In this document: one piece after another, positions 17,776 through 28,122 of the stretch
Layout: every line of letters begins with the position of its first letter
Numbering within the stretch: position 1 is the first letter of the stretch
Assembly: GCA_051276225.1 (NCBI GenBank)
Contig: JBNMPD010000001.1
Span: 7,502 to 71,501, forward strand
Direction of reading: 5' to 3'
From: Flavobacteriales bacterium
GTDB taxonomy: Bacteria > Pseudomonadota > Gammaproteobacteria > Enterobacterales > Alteromonadaceae
Length of the DNA: 64,000 bases
The notes under the pieces: model-generated
Told to the model about the DNA's origin: nothing
The model's database searches: none
The model's input: only the letters and a program-made list of their open reading frames with translations
Position numbers and translations under genes: made by a program

Positions 17776-20700
17776 ATGTTTAACAAAACTAACTTGCAAG
17801 CGGCTTTAAGCAAACAAACTTGGGCAAAAGGGTTAAGACTTCATCAGTTGAACTCTGTAATTAGTGCTGCCTTAGATGAGCAGGTATTGAGAGGTTCTAT
17901 TAGAAGTGAATCTAATCGAAATGAAACGTATCTAACACGTTTTGAATATGATGAAAGTAAAGGCCGAGCTCAGGCATATTGTAATTGTTATCTTAAGCAC
18001 GATTGTAAACATGCTGCCGCATTGGCTCACCATTATCTAGCACGTATGCATGTTAGTTCGGCATCAAACAACTTAATTCAAGAATGGCTAAATAATTTTG
18101 CCTCTCAAGAACCTTTAGTTTTTCAGCAAAAAAAAGCGCTACTGTATTTTCTTAATCAGAATAATTATTTGCCAGATGATTATTTACAGTTGGCAGTAAA
18201 AAGTTCTAGTTTGAAAAAAAGTGGGGGCTGGAGTCGCACCCTAACGTATGAAAATTTAGATAGTTATCTAATTAAACAGCCGTTTGTGGATGATCAAGAT
18301 GTACAGATTATTAGTTCTGTTATCAGAAGCCAGCATTACTCTAGTGATATTAAGTTACATAAAGTGTTTCATTTGTTGGTGAGCACCGGTCGATGTTTCT
18401 GGCAGGATAACGCAGATTTAAATCACCCCATTTCTTTAGGAGAGCCTATAAAAGCAAGCTGGCAGTGGCAAAAGCGCAGCACTGTTCACAAACTCAGTCT
18501 TGTTCTAGAAAACGCTAATACTGATATCACACTGATAAAGTCACAGCCCATTAGTTACTACAACGCTAAAACTAATCGTTTAGGTTTGATTGAAACGGAT
18601 TTGAATAGCGAATTTGATGTTCAATTTTTACATAGCCCAGCATTTTCAGAAGAAAAAATGCCCTGGGTATTGAGTAAACTAGATATGACTTTGGGTGATT
18701 TAGCTCAAAAACTACCAAAGCCAACACTTAAAAAAGAGTTTATTTTATCACGGCCAGTGCCACATATACGCCTCACTACGCCGAACATAAACCAAGCTTA
18801 TAATACCCAACTTTCATTGTTATTTGCTTATCATGGGCAACTTATAAGCCCTTTAAATAATAAACATCAGTTACCTAGTGAAGAGGGTAAAGACAGCATT
18901 TATCGCGATTTTGCTTTTGAAAAAATGATCATGGAGTCACTTAAAACTTGGCATTTTATTTCTCAATCGCAATATAGCACCTCATATAAAGGCTTTGAGG
19001 GTGGTTATATGATGATGTTGCAAGGACGGCATCTAAATTTATCGTTCTTACATAATCAGCTGCCACAGCTAAAAAAGCAGGGTTGGCAAATTGAATATGA
19101 TGCAAGTTTTCATTATCAAGAATTAGATACCGATAGTGTATTTGATGCCAATGTAGAACAAAATGAGGGCCATGATTTTTTCTCTATCGGTTTAAGCTTA
19201 AATATCGATGGTCAAAGTGTGGCGGCTTTTCCTATTTTGCTTAGCGCATTAGAGCAACTGCCTAAAGATATTCTGCTAAATGACGAAACTTATATCGACA
19301 GTGATGAAAAGGTATTTGTTGACCTTTCTGGTGGAAAATTCATTGCGTTGCGTTATCAAAGCATTCGGCCTTTACTGAAACAGTTTGTCGAATTATTGAT
19401 GCCAGGTGCCTTGCAAGACGATGGCACTATGCAGTTGTCACGTTTTCAAAGTCATCAAACCCTCAGCGAATTAGATAACCAAGGGATTATCACCAAAGGT
19501 GCGAGTAAATTACGGCATCTAGCTGATAAATTACGAAATTTTAACGCGATCCAAGCTGTGCCTCTCCCCACGTTATTACTCGCTGAATTACGAGAATATC
19601 AACATCAAGGGCTGAATTGGTTACAGTTTTTACGTGAATATGAGCTTAATGGTATTTTGGCTGACGATATGGGTTTGGGTAAAACCATTCAAACACTGAG
19701 TCATTTGTTGCTTGAGAAAGAGCAAGGTCGGTTGAATGGACCAAGTTTAATTGTTGCGCCTACCAGTGTGTTATTTAATTGGGGCAAAGAAATAGATAAA
19801 TTCACACCAAATTTGTCTTACATCGTTATTAATGGGGCCAAGCGGCAAGAGAATTTTGAGCTTTTGGATCAGTACGATATTGTGATCACCAGTTATCCGC
19901 TGGTGTTAAAAGACACTGAAGTGCATCAAAAGCACGTTTATTACTACTTAATTTTAGACGAAGCCCATTACATCAAAAACCCAAAAACGAAGCTTTATAA
20001 AGCGATGTTGACACTCAAGGCTCAGCATAAGTTATGTTTAACAGGCACTCCGATGGAAAACCATCTAGGTGAATTTTGGGCACAATTTAACTTTTTACTG
20101 CCCGGTTTTTTAGCTGGTTATAAACAATTTACTCGTTTGTTTAAAACACCCATTGAAAAACATAATGATCACGAGCGAAAGGTTTTGCTTAATCAACGCA
20201 TCAAACCCTTTATATTACGCCGTAGTAAAACCCTGATTGCCAAAGAATTACCTGAAAAAACGATTATCATACAAACGCTAAAAATTGAGGGTAAACAGGC
20301 GGAATTATATGAGTCTGTGCGTTTAACTATGGATACTCGTTTAAAAGAAATTATTGCAGCAAAGGGGTTGCAGCGAAGCCAAATTGAAATTCTTGATGCG
20401 TTACTAAAATTACGTCAGGTGTGCAATCATCCACAGCTATTATCTTTGCCTAGCGCTAAGTCTATTAAACAATCGGCTAAGCTTGAATTTTTAATGGAGA
20501 CCTTACCAGAGATGGTTGAAGAGGGAAGAAACGTACTAATTTTTTCCCAGTTCACCAGCATGTTATCGTTGATTGAAACGCAGCTGGTCGCCAGCAATAT
20601 TCCTTATGTGAAACTAACAGGTAGCACTAGGAACCGCCAAGAAATAGTTGAACAATTCCAGTCAGGTAAAGTTCCCGTATTCTTGATTAGCTTAAAAGCG

Positions 20701-20988
20701 GGTGGTGTAGGTTTGAATTTAACCGCCGCTGATACGGTGATCCATTTTGATCCTTGGTGGAACCCCGCTGTAGAAAATCAAGCTACCGACCGAGCTTACC
20801 GTATAGGTCAAGATAAACCCGTATTTGTATATAAATTGATTATTGAAAATTCTATTGAAGAAAAAATTCTAGAGATCCAAAATAAAAAAGCAGAACTGGC
20901 TAATGCTTTATTATCAGAGGAAGTTAGCCAAGGTAACTTAAGTTTAACGGATGATATTCTAAATACCTTACTTGCTCCTCTAACTTAA
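17776..20988 (+). CDS. SWIM zinc finger + SNF2 family helicase
   Basis: CNC...CKH SWIM motif; LADDMGLGKT, DEAH, TGTPMEN, SLKAGGVGLNLT, QATDRAYRIGQ. Confidence 0.93.
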   Translation: MFNKTNLQAALSKQTWAKGLRLHQLNSVISAALDEQVLRGSIRSESNRNETYLTRFEYDESKGRAQAYCNCYLKHDCKHAAALAHHYLARMHVSSASNNLIQEWLNNFASQEPLVFQQKKALLYFLNQNNYLPDDYLQLAVKSSSLKKSGGWSRTLTYENLDSYLIKQPFVDDQDVQIISSVIRSQHYSSDIKLHKVFHLLVSTGRCFWQDNADLNHPISLGEPIKASWQWQKRSTVHKLSLVLENANTDITLIKSQPISYYNAKTNRLGLIETDLNSEFDVQFLHSPAFSEEKMPWVLSKLDMTLGDLAQKLPKPTLKKEFILSRPVPHIRLTTPNINQAYNTQLSLLFAYHGQLISPLNNKHQLPSEEGKDSIYRDFAFEKMIMESLKTWHFISQSQYSTSYKGFEGGYMMMLQGRHLNLSFLHNQLPQLKKQGWQIEYDASFHYQELDTDSVFDANVEQNEGHDFFSIGLSLNIDGQSVAAFPILLSALEQLPKDILLNDETYIDSDEKVFVDLSGGKFIALRYQSIRPLLKQFVELLMPGALQDDGTMQLSRFQSHQTLSELDNQGIITKGASKLRHLADKLRNFNAIQAVPLPTLLLAELREYQHQGLNWLQFLREYELNGILADDMGLGKTIQTLSHLLLEKEQGRLNGPSLIVAPTSVLFNWGKEIDKFTPNLSYIVINGAKRQENFELLDQYDIVITSYPLVLKDTEVHQKHVYYYLILDEAHYIKNPKTKLYKAMLTLKAQHKLCLTGTPMENHLGEFWAQFNFLLPGFLAGYKQFTRLFKTPIEKHNDHERKVLLNQRIKPFILRRSKTLIAKELPEKTIIIQTLKIEGKQAELYESVRLTMDTRLKEIIAAKGLQRSQIEILDALLKLRQVCNHPQLLSLPSAKSIKQSAKLEFLMETLPEMVEEGRNVLIFSQFTSMLSLIETQLVASNIPYVKLTGSTRNRQEIVEQFQSGKVPVFLISLKAGGVGLNLTAADTVIHFDPWWNPAVENQATDRAYRIGQDKPVFVYKLIIENSIEEKILEIQNKKAELANALLSEEVSQGNLSLTDDILNTLLAPLT

Positions 20989-21095
20989 AGGAGTATAGGA
21001 AGATAAAGGCACCTGTTGAATCAGTGATGTTGCATATATCGGTTTGACGTTTGTTGTTAAAATTTCAATATTTATGGTCTACAAAGGAAGTTTTT

Positions 21096-24011
21096 ATGTT
21101 TTGTCGCACTAGTTTGGTTATTGTATTAGGTCTAATGTATTGCCTTGCAGCAGGATTTGTGCAAGCTGATGATATTTTTTTCCCTGTGCCTACTCACCTA
21201 AAGACGATAAAAACACAATCAATACAAAAAGTATTGGCTCCAAATAAAAAGTTATTATCGATTGCACAAAACTCAACACAAAAAAATAACACCAATTACC
21301 GTTTTACACTCAATTTAAGCCAAACGTCTATTGATATTGCTATCAATGAGGTGACTTATAATAAACGTGGAACACGTTCATTCTTGTCATCATTTAAAGC
21401 TGACGCTAAAGATTGGACGCTTATGTATACACAAGGAAATAATAGTGGTTTTGGGGAATTGTTTGGTAACGGTCAACATTTACTGATTGAACAGCGCGGT
21501 GAACAAGTATTTGTTGTTGATATCGGCTTGTCTGGACTCACACCGGGATTATATGAGAATGATGTTGTTGGTGAGCTAAAGGCTTTCCCAAACCTAGAAC
21601 AAAAAAACCACTTAGCCAATAAAAACGATGATGTTATTGTGGTAGACCTTATGCTTTTATTCACCCAGAACATCGTTGATACTTTTCCTGATGATATGAC
21701 CCAAACATTAATGGAACATCTGGTTTTCAAAGCTAATCAGACATTTTTTGATAGTCGCATTAATATGCGTTTACGCCTTGTGCATAGCCAATTTATAAAT
21801 TATCCCAATCCCTCAAGTATAGTTGCACTCAACCAGTTGCAATCTGCATTAGATGATGATCCAAATACTGATACAGACCCATCACTGGAGGGTCTTGCAA
21901 CACTTCGAGATATGTTTGGTGCAGATATAGTTTCAATGATCCGAACCCACGACTTAAACGAGCGTGAAGTGTGTGGCATTGCTATGTTCCCCAACCCTGA
22001 TGTGGATTATTTGGCAAACGTAAGCAATGTCGGTATCAGTGGTGGTTCAAATTGTATCGATACTTTTACTCACGAAATTGGACATAATTTTGGAGCGGGA
22101 CATCAGCGCGTTAATGATAACCCACAGGGTGCTGAGGCCGCCGCGGGTGCATTAATTGTGCAAGGTAAATTTAACACCATGATGAGTTCAATCGGCACCG
22201 GTGACGTTAATCGTGACTTTGGGCTAAGTATATTTTCTAATCCAGACGTGACTTGTGCTGCTGTGTCTTGTGGTGACGAAGTGGTTGCAAATAACTCGGC
22301 AACGATTAACAATTTTGCGCAAGTAAATGCGGCATTACGCGTTGCCATTAGTGAAACACAAATAGCAACGTTATTGCCAAGTGTGACCGATCGCGATGGC
22401 GACACTGTGTTTGACGAAAGTGACGTATTTCCGTTTGACCCAACTGAGTCTTTGGACTCAGATTTAGACACCGTTGGGGACAACAAAGACGCTTTTCCAC
22501 ATGATTTTGACGAACAACTAGACACCGATCAAGATGGCATTGGAGATAATACCGATAGTGATGATGATAATGATGGCACTGATGACTCGGCCGATGCTTT
22601 ACCGCTTGACCCTTTAGAAACCATAGATGCGGATGCCGATGGGGTCGGTGAAAATTCAGATCAGCTAGATAATGATTTTCAAGAAATAAAAGATAATGAC
22701 CAAGACGGCATGGGTGACCGAACCGACTTTGATGATGATAATGACGGTGTGCCTGATTATTTCCCACCCACTAAGCTAATCGATACTGAAGCTTGGGTCG
22801 TGAGCGCTGGCACTGACAATGTGTTGCGTTATAACAGTCAAACCGGATCATTTATAGCAAGTTTATTTGAAGTGCCAGTAGGTGGTTTTTCATTTCGCTC
22901 AGATGCAATTTTATCTAATGCTCAGCAATTGTTTTTTATTGCTTTTAGCGACGTGTTTGCCTTCGACCGACAAACTAATACTGTCAGGCAAGTTATTGAA
23001 CGAAGTTCACTCAGTAGTAATTTTCCTGCACATTTGGCTTTTCAAGATAACGCTACACTACTGGTTAACAATGGCTTAGGAAGCAGTCATATTGAATCAT
23101 TTAGTCTACTCGCGTCGGGTAACCAGGTAGGCGACTCAACAAGTGACACTGCAGTTTGGCGAGATTTTGTTGTAAATGGTAATCGACTTATTACCGCCGC
23201 AAGAAATACAAATAGATTGTTGTCTTTCAATCTAAATGATTTAACCGCAGCGCCACAAATATTGAGTACTCAAGGTCTTGATAAACCTGAACACCTAGCC
23301 GTCGACAGTAACGAGAATATATATGTGACCAATGCAGGCAGTAAAGACCTTAGTCAGTTTGATAGCAGCGGTAAGTTTTTAGGACGCTTTATTAGCGCCG
23401 GTAGCGGTGGCTTAGGTCAGCCCGGATGTTTAACTATTGGACCTGAGGGCAATATTTACATATGCAGCACTGACACTGACCAAGTCCTTAAATATGATGG
23501 GGGATCAGGAGGCTTCCTAAATGTATTTGTGGAAACAGCTGCTGGGGGTCTAAATCAGCCTGTTAGCCTGGTATTTGCTGGGTTACCTCAAGATGAATTT
23601 AGATTAGATGGTACACATGACTCAGATGGCGATTTAGTCAACAATATTGATGACGCTTTTCCCTTAGACGAAGCAGAAAGTGTTGATTTTGATAATGACG
23701 GAACCGGTAATAATGCTGATACTGACGACGACAATGATAATCTACCAGACGTTTATGAAATGGCTAACAATTTAAATCCATTCGATAGAAGTGACGCACA
23801 GCAAGATGCAGATAACGATGGTAGTAGCAACATTGCAGAATTTGAAGCTGGCACAGACCCTAATGATCCCAACTCTACACCAGTGATACCAGAAATCCCC
23901 GAAACAAGTGATGGCGGCGGCAGCCTAAGACTGTCATGGCTGATTTTTGTTTTGAGCTTAGTGGTTATAAGACTCAGAGAAATGACTACCCTAACTAAAT
24001 TAATAAGGTGA
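21096..24011 (+). CDS. Secreted M12/reprolysin-like Zn metalloprotease with TSP type-3 Ca-binding repeats, a beta-propeller and a GlyGly-CTERM anchor
   Basis: RBS AAGGAAG before ATG 21096; signal peptide; HEIGHNFGAGH and Met-turn NTMMS; DxDxDG repeats; NHL-like repeats; SDGGGSL-hydrophobic-RLR tail. Confidence 0.88.
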   Translation: MFCRTSLVIVLGLMYCLAAGFVQADDIFFPVPTHLKTIKTQSIQKVLAPNKKLLSIAQNSTQKNNTNYRFTLNLSQTSIDIAINEVTYNKRGTRSFLSSFKADAKDWTLMYTQGNNSGFGELFGNGQHLLIEQRGEQVFVVDIGLSGLTPGLYENDVVGELKAFPNLEQKNHLANKNDDVIVVDLMLLFTQNIVDTFPDDMTQTLMEHLVFKANQTFFDSRINMRLRLVHSQFINYPNPSSIVALNQLQSALDDDPNTDTDPSLEGLATLRDMFGADIVSMIRTHDLNEREVCGIAMFPNPDVDYLANVSNVGISGGSNCIDTFTHEIGHNFGAGHQRVNDNPQGAEAAAGALIVQGKFNTMMSSIGTGDVNRDFGLSIFSNPDVTCAAVSCGDEVVANNSATINNFAQVNAALRVAISETQIATLLPSVTDRDGDTVFDESDVFPFDPTESLDSDLDTVGDNKDAFPHDFDEQLDTDQDGIGDNTDSDDDNDGTDDSADALPLDPLETIDADADGVGENSDQLDNDFQEIKDNDQDGMGDRTDFDDDNDGVPDYFPPTKLIDTEAWVVSAGTDNVLRYNSQTGSFIASLFEVPVGGFSFRSDAILSNAQQLFFIAFSDVFAFDRQTNTVRQVIERSSLSSNFPAHLAFQDNATLLVNNGLGSSHIESFSLLASGNQVGDSTSDTAVWRDFVVNGNRLITAARNTNRLLSFNLNDLTAAPQILSTQGLDKPEHLAVDSNENIYVTNAGSKDLSQFDSSGKFLGRFISAGSGGLGQPGCLTIGPEGNIYICSTDTDQVLKYDGGSGGFLNVFVETAAGGLNQPVSLVFAGLPQDEFRLDGTHDSDGDLVNNIDDAFPLDEAESVDFDNDGTGNNADTDDDNDNLPDVYEMANNLNPFDRSDAQQDADNDGSSNIAEFEAGTDPNDPNSTPVIPEIPETSDGGGSLRLSWLIFVLSLVVIRLREMTTLTKLIR

Positions 24012-24017
24012 ATTAAG

Positions 24018-24069
24018 AGATTGTTCTAACAGATTGTTCTAACAGATTATTCTAATAGATTGAGTTAAT
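24018..24069. repeat. 13-bp tandem repeat, 4 decaying copies
   Basis: AGATTGTTCTAAC x2, AGATTATTCTAAT, AGATTGAGTTAAT. Confidence 0.85.
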
Positions 24070-24107
24070 AGAATACGTACATTCATTCCATGAGCATTCA
24101 ACATTGG

Positions 24108-24150
24108 AAGGATTTATCTGTGAAGTGACTCCGCAGATAATCCTTATTTT
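24108..24150 (+). terminator. Long hairpin, probable terminator of the protease gene
   Basis: AAGGATT(T)ATCTGTG...CGCAGATAATCCTT followed by ATTTT. Confidence 0.5.
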
Positions 24151-24277
24151 AATGAGGCCACTCCTTTAGATTTATAAATCAGTGTGATGTTATCTAGATA
24201 GGCTGGCCAATGAAATTATTTTCACTGCAAACGCAGATTCATTTAACTCATTTTTTCCACCATTCGTCTCTGCATTG

Positions 24278-24305
24278 TGATCAAATAAATAACGAAGTAG
24301 GTATT
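24278..24305 (+). promoter_or_regulatory. Possible RpoE-ChrR (singlet oxygen ECF) promoter
   Basis: TGATCA-N16-GGTATT versus consensus TGATCC-N16-CGTA. Confidence 0.4.
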
Positions 24306-24399
24306 CATCTAGTGCTTAATATTGCCTTGTTAATGTGTGACAAGCGCTATTAGTCATAGAAATTATTTCCTTAACGTTGTTAAAATTGTGGAGAAAAGA

Positions 24400-24903
24400 A
24401 TGAAAACGTCTATTACGAAATTTGTATCAGTTGCTATATTATCCTTAACATTCCTTACAACTAGTGCATTTGCAATGCATCACAAGTCAGCGAAATTAGA
24501 TATTGTAGAAACAGCTGCGAGTAACCCTGCATTTAGTACTCTAGTGGCCGCAGTAAAAGCCGCAGGATTAGTCGAAACGCTACAAAGTGAAGGTCCCTTT
24601 ACAGTGTTTGCACCAACTAATGCAGCTTTTGCAAAATTGCCAGCAGGTACAGTAGAAGATTTACTTAAGCCTGAAAATAAAGACAAACTTGTCGCTATCC
24701 TGACTTACCATGTTGTTGCAGGTAAAGTTATGGCAGCAGACGTGGTCAAGTTAAGTAAAGCCACCACCGTCCAAGGCAGTGACATAATGATTGATACTTC
24801 AGATGGTGTGAAAGTTAACAACGCTAATGTCACGCAAACTGACCTGAAGACTAAAAATGGGGTTATTCACGTAATCGATACTGTTATTCTTCCTAAAATG
24901 TAA
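24400..24903 (+). CDS. Secreted fasciclin (FAS1) domain protein
   Basis: GGAG RBS; signal peptide; [30 protein letters not shown]. Confidence 0.95.
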   Translation: MKTSITKFVSVAILSLTFLTTSAFAMHHKSAKLDIVETAASNPAFSTLVAAVKAAGLVETLQSEGPFTVFAPTNAAFAKLPAGTVEDLLKPENKDKLVAILTYHVVAGKVMAADVVKLSKATTVQGSDIMIDTSDGVKVNNANVTQTDLKTKNGVIHVIDTVILPKM

Positions 24904-24925
24904 TTTTTTTAAAAGTTGAAAAACC

Positions 24926-24962
24926 AAACTGAAAGAGCAGGCGACTGTTCTTTTAGTTTTTT
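24926..24962 (+). terminator. Intrinsic terminator
   Basis: AAACTGAAAGAGCAG-GCGA-CTGTTCTTTTAGTTT followed by a T run. Confidence 0.85.
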
Positions 24963-25562
24963 AAAGTGGATGATGGTTGTTAAACGGCTTATCAAACCGC
25001 CCATAAAAATTTGATTAACTATCAATTCAAGCAAATCGTCATAACGTTTTTAAGGCCATGGATTCGTTTTTGAAACAGCATTTGAATTAACATGTTAAAT
25101 CTTCAAAAAAATACTGCTGGGACAAATAAGTAGCAAAGCCGACTTTAAAACACTGTTTTTACTTGCTGAGTGGTTTATTTAGCAAAATCGATAAAACTTA
25201 TTTGAGATTCTCTATACCTGCACTCTCTATAACAGCATTCTTTATATAAATAGTCTGAAGTGCACGTTTATTTTGTCGGGTTGACGCGCAACAATAAGAG
25301 CAAATCTCATCGCCCATTATAGTTACCATAAAGCGACTTTAAATATCCGATTCAATAACGATGAAAATTTGTTATTGCTTTTTGCAGGTATCAAAATTTT
25401 AGAAGGGTGTCGAGTTAAGGCAGAAAACGTAGGCGCGGAATACTTGGGTTTTAGAGGAATAGATTTTGATTTTACTCTACCCTCTTTTTATCAGGTGATA
25501 ATACCTGTAATTGCAGTGAGCGCTGAGAAAAAAGATCGGTTTTATCACTGTTTATTAATGCT

Positions 25563-26483
25563 TTAACCTGTTTTTTCTAGTTCTTCTAAGAATGCTTCAA
25601 GTATTAAGTTTTGTCTGGCTCCTTTTCGCGTGATCGCTGAATAGTGAGTATCAAAATTTCTGTTATGTGCTTCGATTGCACGCATTTTATCTTGTGTGAC
25701 CCAACGTTGAGCAAAATGTTCAGGTAAAAATCCTAAAAATCGCCCCGTCAGAATTAAAAAAGCGATACCTTCACGATCAGTTGAACTTGCTGCTGCCTTA
25801 AGTACTTTTTGTTGTCGTTTTATGGTTGCTGGTTGAGGATAACTTGGCATCACCCCATCATACTGGGCTAAAGTCTGATCGCTGATAACACCTATATCTT
25901 GATTAAAAAGGGGATGCATTTCGCTGCAATATAATAATGATTTTTCTTTATATAAAGACATGTACGTTAAGCCAGGTAAAGTCCGAAGATCAGGGACAAT
26001 GCCGATATGCAATTGACCGTCAAGAATAGCGGTTTCAATTTTATTGGGCGGTATCATTCTAATATTGATTATAATTTCAGACGACCGGTATTTTAATGTG
26101 CTGAGTGATCTTGTAATACGCATTTGTGGGATAGTAACCATGTTATCGGTAATACCAATATTCAATTCACCTACTAAGTCAGTGTTGATTGCGTTTATTT
26201 GAGATTTGAACATTTCTAAACTGGAAAGAAGTTGTAACGTTGAATCGTAGACTTGATTGCCCTGTTCTGTAATTGAAAAGCCAGAACGTCCGCGATGACA
26301 TAAACGCATTTTTAATAGTGATTCTAATTCTGTTATAGCCAAACTTATTGCTGGACGACTAATATTTAGCTCTATTTCTGCCGCGGCAAAACCACCTGAT
26401 TCGATTACTACTTTGAATACACGTAGTAGTCGAATATGGGTATCACCAAGTTGTCGAGGTAATAAGTTTTTTGCCTTAATCAT
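25563..26483 (-). CDS. LysR regulator, BauR-like
   Basis: LysR HTH; RLCHRGRSGFSITEQG; divergent from an omega-amino acid aminotransferase. Confidence 0.88.
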   Translation of the reverse strand: MIKAKNLLPRQLGDTHIRLLRVFKVVIESGGFAAAEIELNISRPAISLAITELESLLKMRLCHRGRSGFSITEQGNQVYDSTLQLLSSLEMFKSQINAINTDLVGELNIGITDNMVTIPQMRITRSLSTLKYRSSEIIINIRMIPPNKIETAILDGQLHIGIVPDLRTLPGLTYMSLYKEKSLLYCSEMHPLFNQDIGVISDQTLAQYDGVMPSYPQPATIKRQQKVLKAAASSTDREGIAFLILTGRFLGFLPEHFAQRWVTQDKMRAIEAHNRNFDTHYSAITRKGARQNLILEAFLEELEKTG

Positions 26484-26551
26484 AATGTGCTTTCCGGTAC
26501 TGAAAAATAGTAAGTTTAACTAGCAAGACAGTTTAACAATGATTTTTTAGA

Positions 26552-26576
26552 TAAGTAAATGCTTAACTTAAGTTAA
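26552..26576. promoter_or_regulatory. Putative LysR operator in the divergent promoter
   Basis: TAAGT-N9-ACTTA overlapping the perfect palindrome TTAACTTAAGTTAA. Confidence 0.5.
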
Positions 26577-26679
26577 AAATATTTTAATTTACTAATCTAA
26601 TTGATTGTTGATAATAGACATTGTTAAATCAGTCAAATTCAATTCAATAAATTTAATTATACGTTCCAGTAGGTGCAAC

Positions 26680-28026
26680 ATGAACAATATTAATAATAAC
26701 CCTGCGTACTGTGGCTTAAGCCAAGAACAGCTTGATTCCCATTGGATGCCTTACACAGGAAATCGTCAGTTTAAAAAAGATCCAAGGCTCATCGTTGCTG
26801 CCCAAGGGCGTTATTATACTGAGGCGACAGGAAGAAAGATTTTTGATGGACTGTCAGGTTTGTGGACATGTGGCGCCGGTCACGGTCGTCCTGAAATAGC
26901 TGAAGCCGTAAGCCGTCAAATTAAAGAGCTCGATTATTCTCCTGCTTTTCAGTTCGGACACCCTAAATCGTTTGAATTATCACATCGCATAACAGAGCTT
27001 ATGCCTGACGGCCTAAATCGGGTATTTTTCACAGGCTCTGGCTCTGATTCAGTTGAAACGGCGTTAAAGATTGCCCGTGGATATTGGCGTAAAAAAGGTA
27101 TGGCGAGTAAAACTCGATTTATTGGTCGAGCCAAAGGCTATCACGGCGTGAATTTTGGTGGTATTAGTGTGGGAGGCATTGGCCCTAACCGTGCACTTTT
27201 TGGGCAAGGTATTGAAGCAGGGCATATACCGCACACTATACTGGCCAGTAATGCATTCACCAAAGGAATGCCAAATGAAGGCGCTTATTTAGCTGATAAC
27301 CTTGAAGACATGGTTGCTTTGTATGATGCGTCTAATATAGCGGCCGTTATTGTTGAACCCATGGCTGGCTCGGCAGGTGTTATACCCCCTCCAGTCGGGT
27401 ATTTAAAACGTTTACGTGAAATCTGTGATAAACATAATATTTTATTGATATTTGACGAAGTGATCACCGCTTTTGGTCGAATGGGATCGAATACAGGCGC
27501 CGAAAAGTTTGGTGTGGTGCCTGATATTATGACTGTTGCTAAACAGTTAACTAATGGTGTCATTCCTATGGGTGCTGTTATTTCTAAGCAGGAAATTTAC
27601 GATACATTTATGGAAAATGCAGGTCCTGAATATATGCTTGAATTGCCACATGGTTATACTTATTCAGCGCATCCTGTAGCTTGTGCTGCTGCTTTAGCCA
27701 CATTAGATATTTTGGCTACTGATAAATTACCGGAACGTGTTGAATCTATGGCACCACATTTTCAGGAAATGCTACACAGCTTAAATGGTAGTAAACATGT
27801 TTCTGATATTAGAAATTATGGCTTAGCTGGAGCGTTAACTATTAATGCAGTACCGGGACAACCCGCTTTGCGCCCATACGAAATTGCAATGAAATGTTGG
27901 CAGAAAGGTTTTTATGTTCGTTATGGTGGCGATACTATTCAACTGGGCCTGCCATTCACCGTTGAGCCTTCTGAAATTGACAGTTTAGTGAATGCACTGG
28001 GTGAATCACTAAGTGAAACTGATTAA
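26680..28026 (+). CDS. bauA: Omega-amino acid (beta-alanine):pyruvate aminotransferase, class III PLP
   Basis: HWMPYTGNRQFK, DGLSGLWTCGAGH, FDEVITAFGR, PLP Lys in TVAKQLTNG, HGYTYSAHP. Confidence 0.9.
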   Translation: MNNINNNPAYCGLSQEQLDSHWMPYTGNRQFKKDPRLIVAAQGRYYTEATGRKIFDGLSGLWTCGAGHGRPEIAEAVSRQIKELDYSPAFQFGHPKSFELSHRITELMPDGLNRVFFTGSGSDSVETALKIARGYWRKKGMASKTRFIGRAKGYHGVNFGGISVGGIGPNRALFGQGIEAGHIPHTILASNAFTKGMPNEGAYLADNLEDMVALYDASNIAAVIVEPMAGSAGVIPPPVGYLKRLREICDKHNILLIFDEVITAFGRMGSNTGAEKFGVVPDIMTVAKQLTNGVIPMGAVISKQEIYDTFMENAGPEYMLELPHGYTYSAHPVACAAALATLDILATDKLPERVESMAPHFQEMLHSLNGSKHVSDIRNYGLAGALTINAVPGQPALRPYEIAMKCWQKGFYVRYGGDTIQLGLPFTVEPSEIDSLVNALGESLSETD

Positions 28027-28122
28027 AATTATATAGCTAACATATATAACCAAAAATTATTAACGTTAAACAATCTTTACAATGTGCTGTTGATTACTGC
28101 CTTTAAAAATGTGGACAAAAAA

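Noticed and set aside
17776-20988. SNF2 gene as part of a DISARM/Zorya/BREX-type defence island
   Set aside because: No partner methylase, nuclease or DUF genes are adjacent. The MotA-like genes at 1-1608 belong to a TonB-ExbBD cluster, not ZorAB.
24018-24069. CRISPR-like array
   Set aside because: Units are 13 bp, contiguous with no spacers, and no cas genes are present. It is a simple tandem repeat.
25369-25566. 65-aa ORF and the 24960-25560 gap as a gene or relic
   Set aside because: TTG start without an RBS and no recognisable family in the frames examined; left unassigned.
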